Positions 46,240 to 59,186 of a stretch of 64,000 nt of DNA are shown here, in pieces. The notes under the pieces were generated by a model, which did not search any database, was not told the origin of the DNA, and saw only the letters and a program-made list of their open reading frames with translations. The position numbers and the translations under genes are program-made. Origin of the DNA: Leucoraja erinacea (lineage: Eukaryota); the NCBI RefSeq assembly GCF_028641065.1, contig NC_073390.1, positions 18,414,001 to 18,478,000 on the forward strand, given 5' to 3'. The first letter of the stretch is position 1. Each line of letters begins with the position of its first letter.

Positions 46240-48825
46240 CACTAGGAACTCGACCTCCGTCTACTCACCTGCCCTCCTCTCGGATAACCCACCAGTTCCC
46301 CACCAGACATCTCCTCGGGTTTGATCTACTCACCTGCCATAATCCGACCCCACCCCCCACCCTTGCTGTGTGTTAACCATCCCCCCTGACCTCTCTCTTT
46401 CTGATACGGAACGGTCTCTCCTCAGCAGAGGCCTCACCTTTATTCCCCTTCACCCCCACCTCAACGAGTTCCGGGTCCACCACGATGTAGAGCTCTTCTT
46501 CCGTTGCCTCCGCCTCCAGGCCTTTTTCTATGGGAAGGAGTCCTCACCACCTAGTGATGACCCTTTCTCCCACCTCCAACAGGCCCCTTCCTCTTGGACT
46601 CCACCAGATGGCCATCGAACTTCTTTAGACCTTTTCATTTCGAACTGCCGGCAGGAAATCAACCGCCTCAAATTTTCCACTCCCCTTACTCACTCTAACC
46701 TCCCCCCCCCCCGCCAGAACGTACAGCCCACCACTCACTCTGCAGTAACCTCGACTGGATAATCAAACCTGCCGACAAGGGAGGTGCCGTGGTAGTCTGG
46801 CGCGCTGACCTCTACTGGACTGAGGCCAGGTGACAACTCTTAGACACCTCCTCGTCCTTATCCTTTGACCATGACCCGCAGATGATCACCAGTCTTAATC
46901 TCACTCACCATTACTGATTTCATCACTTCCGGCTCTCTGCCCTATAAAGCCTCCCTTATCGCTCTCCAGCCCCGCACAGCCCAATTTTATCTTCTCCTCT
47001 AAATCCACACACAGAACAGTCCTGGCAGATCCATTGTTTAATGTTCCACCAAATTGTTTTCCACAGTGGTGGAGGCAGGTTCGTTTTTATCATTTAAAAA
47101 TGAATTGGATAGTTATATGGATGGGAAAGGAATGGAGGGTTATGGTCTGAGCGCAGGTATATGGGACTAGGGGAGAATACGTGTTCGGCACGGACTAGAA
47201 GGGTTGAGATGGCCTGTTTCCGTGCTGTAATTGTTATATGGTTATATGGTTATACCTCGACTGCATCCTATCCCCCCCTGGTTCAATCCCTCCCAACCTA
47301 TGTCCAAGACACCTCACATGCTCTTCGTCTCCGCAATTACTTCCGTTTTCCAGGCCCCCACTCCCTCATCTTTACTATTGATGTCCAGACACTCTACCAG
47401 GAGGGTCTTGAAGCCCTCCATTTCTTCCTCGACCACAGAACCAACCAATTTCCATCTACCAACATTCTCCTCCTCTTAGCAGAGCTGGACCTTACCCTCA
47501 ACAACTTCTCCCTCGACTACTCCCACTTCCTCCAAATTCAAGGCGTAGCCTGGGCCCTAGCTAATGCCTGCCTCTTTGTAGGGTACGTCGAACAATCCCT
47601 GTTCCAGGCATACACTGGCCCAAACCCCGAACTCTACCTCCGCTACATTGATGATTGCATTGGTGCTACCTTCTGCACCCATGCAGAAATTACTGACTTC
47701 ATCAACTTCATCACTAATTTTCATCCCGCACTCAAATTCACTTGGACCATCTCCGACATCTCCCTACCATTTCTAGATCTCACCATCTCTATCACAAGAA
47801 ACAGACTATTGACCAACATCTACTTCAAACCTACTGACCCCCATAGCTATCTTCACTACACTTCTTCCCACTCTGTTTCCTGTAAAGACTCTATCCCCTA
47901 CTCCTAATTCCTCCGTCCATGACGCATCCATTATAGATGAGGCTCTCACTAGGGTTTCTGCGACATCCCGCAGCTCTGCTCTTACTCCCCCTCCCCCATT
48001 CGTAACAAGGACAGAGTCCCCCTTGTCCTCATTTTCTACCCCATCAGCTGTCACCTACAGCATATAATCCTCCAACATTTTCGACACCTCAAACGGGATC
48101 CCTCTATTGACTACATCTTCCAATCTCCACCCCTTTCTGCTTTCCGCAGAGACCATTCCCTACGAAACTCCCTGTCAACTCATCCCTTCCTACCCAAACC
48201 ACCCCCTCCCCAGGTACTTTCCCCTGCAGGAGATGCAACACCTGTCCCTTTACCTCCCCCCTCGACTCCATCCATGGACCCAAAAAGTCTTTCCAGGTGA
48301 GGTAGAGGTTCACATGCACCTCCTCCAACCTGATCTACTGTATCCGCTGTTCCAGGTGTCAACTTCTCGACATCGGCGAGACCAAGCGCAGGCTTGGCGA
48401 TTGTTTCGCTGAACACCTTCACTCAGTCGGTCATAACCTACCTGATCTCCCGGTTACTCATCACTTCAACTCCCCCTCCCATTCGCAATCTGACCTTTCT
48501 GTCATGGGCCTCCTCCATTCTCAGAGTGAGGCCCAGCGCAAATTGGAGGAACAGCACCTCATATTTCGCTTGGGTAGCTTACACCCCAGCGGTATAAACA
48601 TTGACTTCTCTAACTTCAGATAACCCTTGCTTTCTCTCTCCATCCCCTTCCCCTTCCCCTTCCCCTTCCTCCCACTAGTCTTACTGTCTCCAAATACATT
48701 CTATCTTTGTCCTGCCCCCTCCCCTGATATCAGTCTGAAGAAGGGTCTCGACCCAAAAACGTCGCCCATTCCTTCTCTTCTGAAATGCTGCCTCACCCGC
48801 CGAGTTACTCCAGCATTTTGTGTCA
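46240..48825 (+). mobile_element. Penelope-like retroelement (RT + GIY-YIG endonuclease), degraded, with 3' hammerhead-bearing terminus
   Basis: LSRGLTFIP, IIKPADKGGAVVVW, YLRYIDDCIG, SLPFLDLTI, CTSSNLIYCIRCSRC..L.IGETKRRLGDCFAEHL, FRLGSLHPSGINIDFSNFR*; ctgaagaagggtctcgacccaaaaacgtc at 48735-48763. Confidence 0.92.
47065..47253 (+). mobile_element. CR1 3' fragment nested in the Penelope element
   Basis: gtggtggaggcaggttcg...atatggttatatggttata, same as 37545-37732. Confidence 0.85.
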
Positions 48826-49782
48826 TCCAGGAATTATTAAATGTAATTGCATTCACAGCTTAACATCTTTTGCAAAACCACAACCAATTACTGAAACATG
48901 TGTCTATAAAAACATGTGTATAAAACCATGAGAGGAATAGATCGGGTAGATGCACAGTCTCTTGCCCAGAGTAGGTGAATCGAGGAACAGAGGACATAGG
49001 TTTAAGGAGAAGTGGAAAAGATTTAATAGGAATCTGATGGGCCTTTCTCTCTAAACGAAACTAAACTAAATGGAAATAACAAATGCTGCATACCACTATG
49101 ATCTAATGCAAGGGTTCCCAACCTGGGGTAAACCGGTGACGGTTCGGCAGCTCTTGAGGGTCTCCCCCCCGCCCGCACACAATGCAGCACCACCGTTGCC
49201 AGGACTGTTTTATAGCTAGTGACCTATATCCTGGGCATGCGCAGTCGGAATACCAAACTCGCTTATTCTACATGACAAGCACAAGGTTCTGAGTGAACAA
49301 TTACATTTTTCTTGCCAATTATCAAACAAGAAGCCAGACAAAGTCATGAATCAACAATTGTTTATTAACTGTAACTTCATATTTAGCAGCATTTAAACAT
49401 AGGGTATGAAAATAATTAGTGGATAGGGCTCATTGACAAAATAAATAACAGATGTTACTTTCCAATTTTACAAAGAAGCCCTTCTAAATCAATTGTGAAA
49501 CCAACTGTGAGAACCATATATAAATGTGAGGTATCTTTCCTGCAAAATAAACTAAAGGAACTTGAAGGTGAAATAGGTGGAAAACATGGGTAGAAACATT
49601 GGAGATTGCAACCTTCACATGGTCCACCCTGTTTCAACTAATGCAATCAACCCGACGTGCACAAACAAATAGATGTAGTGTTTTGGCGTCACTTTTGACC
49701 ATGCCACTGGTGACTCGTAACTCAAATGGCCCTTACTAGGGCCAAAACTCCTGCAGCATTAAGAAATCTCTATGCATCTACC

Positions 49783-49965
49783 AGCTAAATGTGGAAGTAA
49801 TGTCCAGGGCAAATAATGAATACATCTCAAGGTCTGCTAAGGACCTTAATGCTGATGTCCCCCTTCTGCAAGAGACGCACATCGCTGAAACCTCATGTGC
49901 TTCCAAGCTCTGAATCTACGGCTTCAAGCTTGTTGCTGCTGTATGCCATTGCTACTTACTTGAGT
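49783..49965 (+). pseudogene. LINE apurinic-endonuclease N-terminal remnant (Vingi/Ingi-like)
   Basis: QLNVEVMSRANNEYISRSAKDLNADVPLLQETH...IYGFKLVAA, with an in-frame stop. Confidence 0.55.
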
Positions 49966-50003
49966 TGCAGAGTTGCAAGGTTTAATGACATGGGGCGGCA
50001 CTT

Positions 50004-50300
50004 AGGGCGTTACAGTGGCGCAGCGGTAGAGTTGGTGCTTTACAGCGCCAGAGACCCAGGTTTGATCCTGACTGTGGATGCTGTCTGTGCGCAGTTTGTA
50101 CATTCTCCCCGTGACTGCATTGGTTTTCACTGGGTGCCCCGGTTTCTTCCCACACTCCAAAGTCATACAGGTTTGTGGGTTAAGTGTCTTTGGTAAAATT
50201 TCCCTAGAGTGTAGGATAGTGCTAATGTACAGGGTAATTGCTGGTTGGCATGGAATCGGGGGGCCAAAGAGCCTGTTTCCACACTGTATCTCTAAAGTCT
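50004..50300 (+). mobile_element. V-SINE, full length
   Basis: cagtggcgcagcggtagagttg...cagcgccagagacccagg head, V-domain, tgtatctctaaagtct tail. Confidence 0.85.
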
Positions 50301-52112
50301 ATTGTAACTGCGACATTGTAAATTCTAAAGACATTGTAGTTGTGTGGCATTAACAAACTTGATCTTCCAATGTGGATCACGATGCACATACACTACAGGG
50401 TGTAATGCACCTACTATCACTTGCACTCATGTATTAAAGCATATATACATATATAGCTCTAGAAGCACAAATTGGCTTGGGATGGAAGGGGTATCAGGCC
50501 AGAGAGTTTTTGTGTGGTGTAAAGTAGAACTACTGCCAAATGACCCGTGATGGCACCTTCATTGTTGAAAGTGATGGTATATTGTCTCACTTCTCGCATT
50601 CTACTTCCTCTCTTCCACCCATCTGTCATGTCCAAGGAAGTATTTTTATCCTTAGCACTCCTCCTCCCACCACCTCTTCCTCCTTCAGTCATGCAGCCAT
50701 TAGCAAGGGCAGTGCCCATACAAGCTGTGACAATATAGCAAGGCCCCCTCTTTTGAGCAAACTCATGCGGGCATCCAGAAACACTCACCCTTTGAAATCT
50801 TCTCTTGAGTGCTCCAGTTATGGGCTCCACTATAAAATATAAAAACACATTTCACAAAAAAAAACATTGAATTGTCCATACTGTTAAATTACTAACTAAT
50901 TGTGTTGCTGCAAGTAAGAATATCAGTGTTCCGTTAAACACTCTTGACTCTTGGTAAAAATGAAAATAGTTCAATTATGTTCAACACAAACAGATTTTCC
51001 TTGTGATTGAAAATAACATAAAATTCCTACAAAAATCACAGAATAAAGGTACATTGTCTGTAGTTTTAAATGCTGTGAGGAGTCATAAAGCGATGAAGTT
51101 TGACACTAGCAGGCTATCTTGTCTGGTGATCTGACATCACTAGGAGATGGTTGTTCTTCAGTAACATAACAATGTGTTATTTAGGCATTGATGGGTGGTT
51201 CTGCTACAAGACTGATACTATTGGCCTTGTTATTAATAGAACTCAAGATAGCCTGAAAACATAGCCACTGTTCAAATTACCAGCACTTGATAAATGCTTC
51301 TGACATTAGTCAGGATATTTTAAAATGATTGTTTCCTTTTGCCAGGAATGACAGCATGATAAATTTGCTTCATTCTCCGTAAGTACCCAACTGTATCATG
51401 GGTTTGGTTATGAATTTTTGCTGTGAAACTTTTGAAAGGTTCAGCCAGAGTAAAAAATACGGCACAACAATCTTAAGATCGTTTTAACAGAATAAAATAA
51501 AACCTGCTCCCAATCTGATATTCTGAAGTATTAATCCATTTACTTACCTAGCTCACTGATTGATAATACTTTATTGTGACTGCGCTACTGATGTCTGGCT
51601 ATCATTTTCAATACTTGTCGATTTACCTTTTTTTAAATAATTTACTTGCTTTGTCCCAGACCCTCATCATTCGTGGGAAGGGAAGGAGAAAAATGTTCTA
51701 CTTAGCTCCAAAACGCACTCTCATATGCTCTAATGACCACTCCAGGCTACATTTATTTCCAGGTGAAGACATAAGGAAACACAAATGTTGGAATCGAGCA
51801 AAACAGGCAGCATCTGCGGAAAGTGAAACAAAGTTAAGAGTTTCAGATGAAAAGGATTACAAGGTAAGCTTAAGATGCAGAGAAGTGGCGAAAGTCCTCT
51901 GCACGATAAAATCTTTCACCTCCCAATTCTGAAACATTTACACTGAAACATTAACTTTGTTTTTCCTTCTACAAATGCCTACTCCCAAACCAATGTCTTC
52001 TTCCACTCCCTTCCAACCCTATTGTTAAATTCAGGGAATCTCTGTTACTCCCTATATTGTACACCTTTTTTACCACCCTATTTACATGTGTTACCACCCT
52101 ATTTACACATTA

Positions 52113-52720
52113 AGGGAGGTTCTACTGTACAGGGTTTTGGTGAGACCACACCTGGAGTATTGCGTACAATTTTGGTCTCCAAATCTGAGGAAAGACATTC
52201 TTGCCATAGAGGGAGTACAGAGAAGGTTCACCAGACTGATTCCTGGGATGTCAGGACTTTCATATGAGGAAAGGCTGGATAGACTCGGCTTGTACTCGCT
52301 AGAATTTAGAAGATTGAGAGGGGATCTTATGGAAACTTACAAAATTCTTAAGGGGTTGGACAGGCTAGATGCAGGAAGATTGTTCCCGATGTTTGGGAAG
52401 TCCAGGACAAGGGGTCACAGTTTAAGGATAAAGGGGAAAGCTTTTGGGACCGAGATGAGAAAAACATTTTTCACACAGAGAGTGGTGAATCTCTGGAACT
52501 CTCTGCCACAGAAGGTAGTTGAGGCCAGTTCATGGGCTATATTTAAGAAGGAGTTAGATGTGGCCCTTGTGGCTAAAGGGATCAGGGGGTATGGAGAGAA
52601 AGCAGGTACCGGATACTGAGTTGGATGATCAGCCATGATCATATTGAATGGCGGTGCAGTCTCGAAGGGCCGAATTACCTACTCCTGCACTTATTTTCTA
52701 TGTTTCTATGTTTCTATGTT
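52113..52720 (+). mobile_element. Young CR1 3' fragment, same subfamily as 7869-10978
   Basis: Open ORF2 C-terminus RPHLEYCVQFWSPNLRKDILAIEGVQRRF...IRGYGEKAGTGY*; (TTTCTATG)3 tail. Confidence 0.95.
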
Positions 52721-53220
52721 GCCATTCTCAGAGAGTTATAGATGTACCCCAAGATCCATAAGAAGCTGTAGATCAGAATTCCTAAGGGTCCATTCATTTA
52801 CTGTATAGAGGAATTATTTATGTAAGGGCATATTCCAAACTCCTTCAATTCTGGAGATGTATCAGAGGTAGTATCAGAAGATTGGAAATCTGCCAATGTG
52901 ACATCCTTATTTAAAGAGGGAGGGAGATAAAAAGTAGGTGACAATAGGTTGATTAACAAAACTTTACTGTCGAAATATATCAAAATCAATTATTAAGGAA
53001 TTAATAGAAGCACATTTGTAAATCATAATCTAACCATGCACAATCATCATAGCTTGATAAATAGAGCCTGACAAAATGGTGAGACATTTTAGAGGAAGTC
53101 CCAAGGAGAGTGAATAGAGGGGAATGAGCAGGTATCTTCTGCATAGACTTCCAAAAGGCATTCAACAAGCTGTCTCGCAAAAGGTTAACCCACTAGATCA
53201 GGGAAAATATAGACAAATGA

Positions 53221-53352
53221 GAGTCTGAAGAAGGGTCTCGACCCAAAACGTTGCCTGTCCATTCCTTCTATAGATGCTGCCTGACCTGCTGAGTTCATCC
53301 AGCAGTTAATGTTTGCTCAAGATTCCAGTATCTATAGTTCCTGGTGTCTTCA
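53221..53352 (+). mobile_element. Penelope-derived short element
   Basis: gagt-CTGAAGA-A-GGGTC(TC)GACCC-aaaac-GTT-gcc...gatgctgcctgacctgctgag. Confidence 0.8.
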
Positions 53353-53357
53353 TAAGG

Positions 53358-54262
53358 GTGGACGACACAACCCTTCTTGCGGACGACACAACCCTGATTG
53401 GACTGATCCGGGATGGGGAGGAATCTGCCTACAGACAGGAAGTGTCACAGCTGGCGTCCTGGTGCTGTAGCAACAACCTAGAGCTCAATGCTCTTAAGAC
53501 AGTGGAATTGATTGTAGACTTTAGGAGAGCTCCACCTCCCCTCACCCCACTCACCATCACCAACACCACAGTCACATCTGTGGAGACTTTTAAGTTCTTG
53601 GGAACCATCATCTACAAGGACCTTAAGTGGGGGGCCACCATCGACTCCACAGTCAAAAAGGTACAACAGAGGATGCACTTCCTGCGGCAGCTGAGGAAGC
53701 ACAATCTGCCACAGGCAATGATGGTCCAATTCTACACGGCCATCGTAGAGTCTGTTCTCACCTTCTCCATCATGGTCTGGTTTGGCTCAGCCATCAAGCA
53801 TGACACCTGGAGGCTGCAGCGAATCGTCCGATCAGCAGAGAAGATTATTGGCTGCAACCTTCCCTCCATTGATGAACTGTACACTGCAAGGGCAAGGAAG
53901 CGAGCGGGCAAGATCATCTCTGACCCATCTCACCCTGGCCACAAACTCTTTGAATCACTTCCCTCTGGAAGGCAACTCCGGACTGTCAAAGCTGCCACAG
54001 CCAGACATAAAAACAGTTTTTATCCATGAGTAATTGCTCTACTCAACAGCCAAAAATCTGTAGCCTCCCTTTGATCTGGTATTTTGTTGGTTCACATGCT
54101 TGATCAATGGTGTTTTATCATTAATGTTTTATTATTATTAATGTTTAGTGTTTTCTGAGTCATTCGTAACTGTCACTGTATGTCATGTTGTTACTTGTGG
54201 GCGGAGCACCAAGGCAAATTCCTTGTGTGTGAATACATGACCAATAAACTTACTTACTTACC
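53358..54262 (+). mobile_element. Rex1/Babar LINE, 5'-truncated, with an open RT C-terminal ORF (53313-54029)
   Basis: ADDTTLIGLI..GEESAYRQEV, LNALKTVELIVDFRR, FKFLGTII, IVESVLTFSI.VWFG, DPSHPGHKLF; aataaacttacttacttac tail. Confidence 0.92.
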
Positions 54263-55114
54263 TAGACAAATGATTAACTGAAAAGCAGGAAGTGGTGCAT
54301 AGGAATATGGAGTTCATTTTCAGTTTGGTATTTTTTTTACCAGTTGGGATCAGTCCTGAGAGTACAACTACTTGAAGAATATATTAATGATCGAAGGATG
54401 AGCGAAAATGCACAATAGACACATTTTCCAATGATGGAGAAATAGGTGAGAATGCAAGCTGTGAGAAAGATACAAACAGAGATATCAATAGGTTAAGTGA
54501 GTGGGTAAAAAGTTGGCAAATGGAGTATTGTGTGAGAATTTGTAATGTTGCTCATTTAGAAAGAACAAGAGAACAGTTTTATTCAAAGGGAGAAAAAAAT
54601 ACAACAGTTTGAGGTTTTTTTAAAATGCAGAAAACACAGCAAGCTGGTATGCAAGTGAAGTGGGTAATAGGGAAAGCTATCTGAGAGTTTGTTCAGGGGG
54701 GGGTCGTAGTGTTAAAGTCCTTCTCAAATGTGCAAGGTGTTTGTCAGACCACATCTGGAATGCTGTGAATAATTTTGTTCCCTCTATTTGGGGACGATCA
54801 TTATTCATTGCAGGTGGTTCCCAGAAGGAACACTAGGATCATCATACGTGTGGCGGGACTACCTTGTTTCCTTGGATGGTGGAGTTCTGAAGCAGAAGAC
54901 ATGGTTTCTGAATAAGGAGATACTCAATTAAGACTGAAATGAGAGATATTTCGTACTTTCAGGGGGTTGTGAATCTCTTTTGTCTAAATTGTTGCGAGGA
55001 GTGTCAACAAACATGGTGCATCACATAAGGAGATGATCGATGGATATGTATAAGATATAGTTAGATTTGGAGAAAAGTTAGATTTGAAGAAATGAAAGGA
55101 TCATAAAATTATCA

Positions 55115-55312
55115 TAAAGTGCTGGAATAACTCAACAGGTCAGGAAGCAACTGTGGAGGACCTGGATAGATAAAGTATCAGGTCCGGACCCTTCTTTAGA
55201 CCGGCAAAATACAAAGGATTGAAGCGTGGAGAAGGTGTCTCATCTTGAAACGTTGCCTATCCATGTCCTCCACAGATGCTGCCTGATCCGCTGAGTGGGT
55301 CCAGTATTTTCT
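55115..55312. mobile_element. Degraded Penelope-derived fold-back pair
   Basis: Minus copy (aaagtgctgg...gacccttctttagac) followed by a plus copy (gagaaggtgtctcatcttgaaacgttgcc...gatgctgcctga). Confidence 0.7.
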
Positions 55313-55469
55313 GAAGTGATTCAATGGTGGGTTACCACAGCATTTGTGAGAACAGGCATGGATGAACTTCAAATGCTTGTGATACGAACGTCCCAGAATA
55401 GTTACATTTAAAAAACAAATACTCATTTATTTTATTTTCCCCAGGCAGGTCTTTGTTTTTATTAGTTTT

Positions 55470-55777
55470 CAGACTTTAGACTTTAGAGATCCAGTGTGGA
55501 AACAGGCCCTTTGTCCTACTGAGTCCACGCTGACCAGCGATCACCCCATACACTAGCACTATCCTGCACACCAGGGACAATTAATTTACAATAGCCAATT
55601 AATTACAAACCTGTATGTGTTTGGAGTGTGGGAGGAAACCGGAGCACCCAGAGAAAACCCACTTGGTTGCAATGAAAATGTACAAAGTCCATACAGATGG
55701 AACCCATAGTCAGAATCAAACCCGAGTCTCTTGCACTGTAAGGCAGCAGCTCTTCCGCTGTGCCACTATGCTGCCCT
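55470..55777 (-). mobile_element. V-SINE, full length
   Basis: agactttagactttagag tail, tgtgggaggaaaccggagcaccc V-domain, gccactatgctgccc head. Confidence 0.85.
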
Positions 55778-57099
55778 CTTACACCTCGTTAATGTACCCC
55801 AATCTCCCATATGATGGTAAGAATAAATGGAAATTACAGACATTGAAAGTGTGATTTTAATTTCAAGGAAGCATGTAGCTATTATATGAAAGTAAACTTA
55901 CCTTGATCTGTTTGATTCCATTGTGTGTATATTTAATTTGAAAGCTCACTAATACTTACCATTAGAATAGACAAAGATGAGATAGAAGGAGACATTAGAT
56001 AGGAGCTGAACAGGTCACCTTGGAATAATATTAAGAGCATAATATTTAATTCTGATATTGTGTGATGTTTATGCAGTGTCAGAGGCCTTAGGGATTTTTT
56101 TTTAATGGGCCATCATTAATTTCTTCCATTCTGTTACATGAATACTATTCTTTTGCATGATGACATGTGTGAAGCTTAAGTATACAACCATGCCAAAGAG
56201 AATAGTGCATATTCTGCACAAACATTGTTGTATTAAATAGAGATACTCTATTGATTATGATGGTACAGCACCCCAATTTAAAATTACCAGAAAGTTCATG
56301 CCATTTTGTGCATTCCTGTTTTGTGCCAGACCAACTAAACTGCTGGATCTTTCATATGATTTAAAATCACATCCATCTCCAAAGCGTCAAAGAGTGACCA
56401 GTTAATATGATTACCTGGTTATGAAAATTGAAACATCACAAAACACATCTTCCTGTCCCCTTTTTAATATACCAAATGGATTCTAGCTTCACAAGGAAAG
56501 TGAGGAGTGAAGGGGCATGAAATGTTCAGCCAATATTATTCAAGGTTCATTCTATTATTTTGTATTCTGCTTCCTATCAGCTTTTCACATTAAGAGCCTG
56601 AATTGAATGTAAGTTTGCAAAAATAACCATGCAGTACATACATATTGGCTTGATGTATTTTATGTCATGTCATTGTATATGCAGTAGTCTTTTATGGAGT
56701 TTATAACTGGCAATTTCCTTTCCTATGCTGCGTGGCTTTGACCTAGCTGGGAGCTCTGCAGTCAGACTTTGAGATGAGAAAGAATGTACGAAGTGTCTGA
56801 GCTAAGTTCTTTGAAGAATAATTACTTAACCCTCAGGCAACATATTTCTCTCCCTTGGAAAAATGTTTAAAATTCCACAGTTTGTGTTTGTGATCATCAG
56901 TTGTCAATCAAAGTAGACTTCCTCTTGCCAGTCATGAGCCTTGTTATTTCTAACGGGCAGAAAGTGGCCAATTGGCAAGACAGCATTTCCACATCTCTCA
57001 AGAATTAACGAGTTATTTTGTCGCTCGCCGCTCAGAATGGGCTAATGGACCAAATGTTCAATGAGTAATTCAAACTCCAGCTTGATAATGAGCTTTTGA

Positions 57100-57510
57100 A
57101 AGCTCTGGGCCTGTACTCGCTGGAGTTTAGAAGGATGAGGGGGCACCTCATTAAAACTTATCAAATAGCGAAATACTTGGATAGAATGGATGTGGAGAGG
57201 GTTTTAACACCAGTGGGAGAGTCCAGGGCCAGAGGTCATAGCCTCAGAATAAAGGACCTTCCTTTAAGAAGATGAGGAGGAATTTCCTTAATCAGAAGGT
57301 GGTAAATCAGTGGAATTTATTGCCATAGAAGGCTGTGGAGGCCAAGCCAATAGACATTTTTTAAGGCAGAGATAGATAGATTCTTCATTAGTACAGGTGT
57401 CAGGTGTTATGGGGAGAAGGCAGGAGAATGGGGTTAGGAGAGATAGATCAGCCATGATTGAATGGCATAGATTTAATTCTGCTCCTATCACTTACAGTAT
57501 GACCTTATGA
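57100..57510 (+). mobile_element. CR1 LINE 3' fragment
   Basis: LGLYSLEFRRMRGHLIKTY...; ttatggggagaaggcaggagaatgggg 3' end. Confidence 0.85.
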
Positions 57511-57730
57511 TCATGCAGCTTATGAATATTCAGTCATGATCTTTCCCTTGTCATTGGCAAGTTGCATGGAGAGCAGGACTAAGATGATAGCCCACATGAA
57601 ATTTACGTTCATGCTTTGTGGGTATGGATGACTTAGTACACCAATATCATCAAGAAACTCTTACAGAACCAGAGCTTCTGGGTCCCATCAAGTGATTATC
57701 CTTCAAGCAATGAACCATGAATACTCCCTA

Positions 57731-57912
57731 TAGAAACAAGGAACTGCAGATGCTGGTTTACACACAAGGACACAAAGTGCTCGAGTAACCTCTGGAGAAA
57801 ATGGATAGGTAATGTTTCGGGTCGGGACCCTTCTTCAAAAAACGTTACCCCATCCATGTTCTCCAGAGATGTTTCCTGACCCACTGAGTCACTCCAGCCC
57901 TTTGCATCCTTT
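57731..57912. mobile_element. Penelope-derived fold-back pair
   Basis: Minus copy ending gtttcgggtcgggacccttcttca directly abuts a plus copy aaacgttacccatcc...ctccagagatg. Confidence 0.75.
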
Positions 57913-58335
57913 TCCAACCATCAAATGTCCCTGAGCAGTGTGCATCAGATGCAAGTCGCAAGAGTGCGGGAGGTGGAAAATTGTCCTTTGCCTTGCATTA
58001 TAATGGCAGCGTATCATAGTTCAGTACTGAAATTAAGTTACATTGATATCATATGTCTTTAATCCACATTTGGCCCTTCATTATGAGGAGGAGGCTAAGT
58101 AATAATATAAGTGCCGTGAGAAATGCATTGAAATTTGAAACAGATCAGCGAGACATCTTCAAGTTATGTTCATCCACCAAAGATATTAATCCCTTTTCTG
58201 ATGGGCAGAGGTGTATATTTAATCAGCAAATGATCTTTGCTGAATCAACAGCCAGAAAGACTTCAGAGCCAAGAAGAGACTCAAGTAAGGTAGCCAAATC
58301 CAATTCAATTATTCATTGATACTTTATTGACACAT

Positions 58336-59186
58336 CAAGTTAAGTCAAGTCAACTTTATTTGTCACAAACACATACAAGATGTACAGTGAAATGAAAGTG
58401 GCAATGCCTGCGAGATTGTGCAAAACAACAGAACAACAGAACAACAGGACAGAACAGAACAGAACCAGTATTTACATTTATAAAAATACACAACAGTAAT
58501 TACTCCCTGGTGAGATCAGAGTTTACAGTTCTGCTGGCATGTGGGAAGAAACTCCATCTCATCCTCTCTGTTTTTCCAGCGTGACAGCGGAGGTGCTCGC
58601 CTGACCGTAGCAGCTTGAACAGTCCGTTGCTGGGGTGGTAGGGGTCCTTCATTATCTTGCTGGCTCTGGATCTGCACATCCTGGTGTATAGGTCCTGCAG
58701 AGTGTGGTTCCCATGGTGCATTCGGTCGAACGCACTACTCGTAATCGAACATGCAAGTGCTGCATACTGTCCTAAGCCGAGCTGTTGCCAAACCAGATCG
58801 AGATGTTTCAGGACAGGATGCTTTCTACAGCACCAGAGTACAAGGATTGAAGGATCCTCAGAGAGACTCTGAATTTCCTCAGCTGTCTGAGGTGGTAAAG
58901 GCGCTGCCTTGTCTTTCTCACCAGTGCGGCAGTGTGTGTTGTCCATGTCTGATCCTCTGTGATGTGGACTCCCAGGTATTTAAAGCTGCTCACTCTATCA
59001 ACAGTAATCCCATTTATCCCCAGTGGCGTGTACGTCCTCGGTTGTTGTGCCCTTCTAAAGTCCACAATCAGCTCCTTAGTTTTAGTAACATTCAAGAGGA
59101 GGCTGTTGTTCTGACGCCAGAGTGCCAGGTCAGCCACCTCCTCCACGTAGGCCTTCTCATCGTTATCGGAGATCAGGCCCACCACA
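58336..59186 (-). mobile_element. Rex1/Babar LINE 3' fragment (a further small piece at ~59290-59402)
   Basis: VVGLISDNDEKAYVEEV, LNVTKTKELIVDFRR, FKYLGVHI, IMKDPYHPSNGLF; (CTTGA)n-type tail. Confidence 0.9.

Larger units (their letters stand above)
52810..55000 (+). mobile_element. Old, highly degraded CR1 RT region interrupted at 53221-54262
   Basis: DWKSANVTSLFKEGGR, DFQKAFNKL, WVKSWQMEY and RPHLECC remnants. Confidence 0.65.

Noticed and set aside
49109-49450. hAT-Charlie-like terminus caagggttcccaacctggggt
   Set aside because: No matching second TIR or TSD was found, so an element cannot be delimited.
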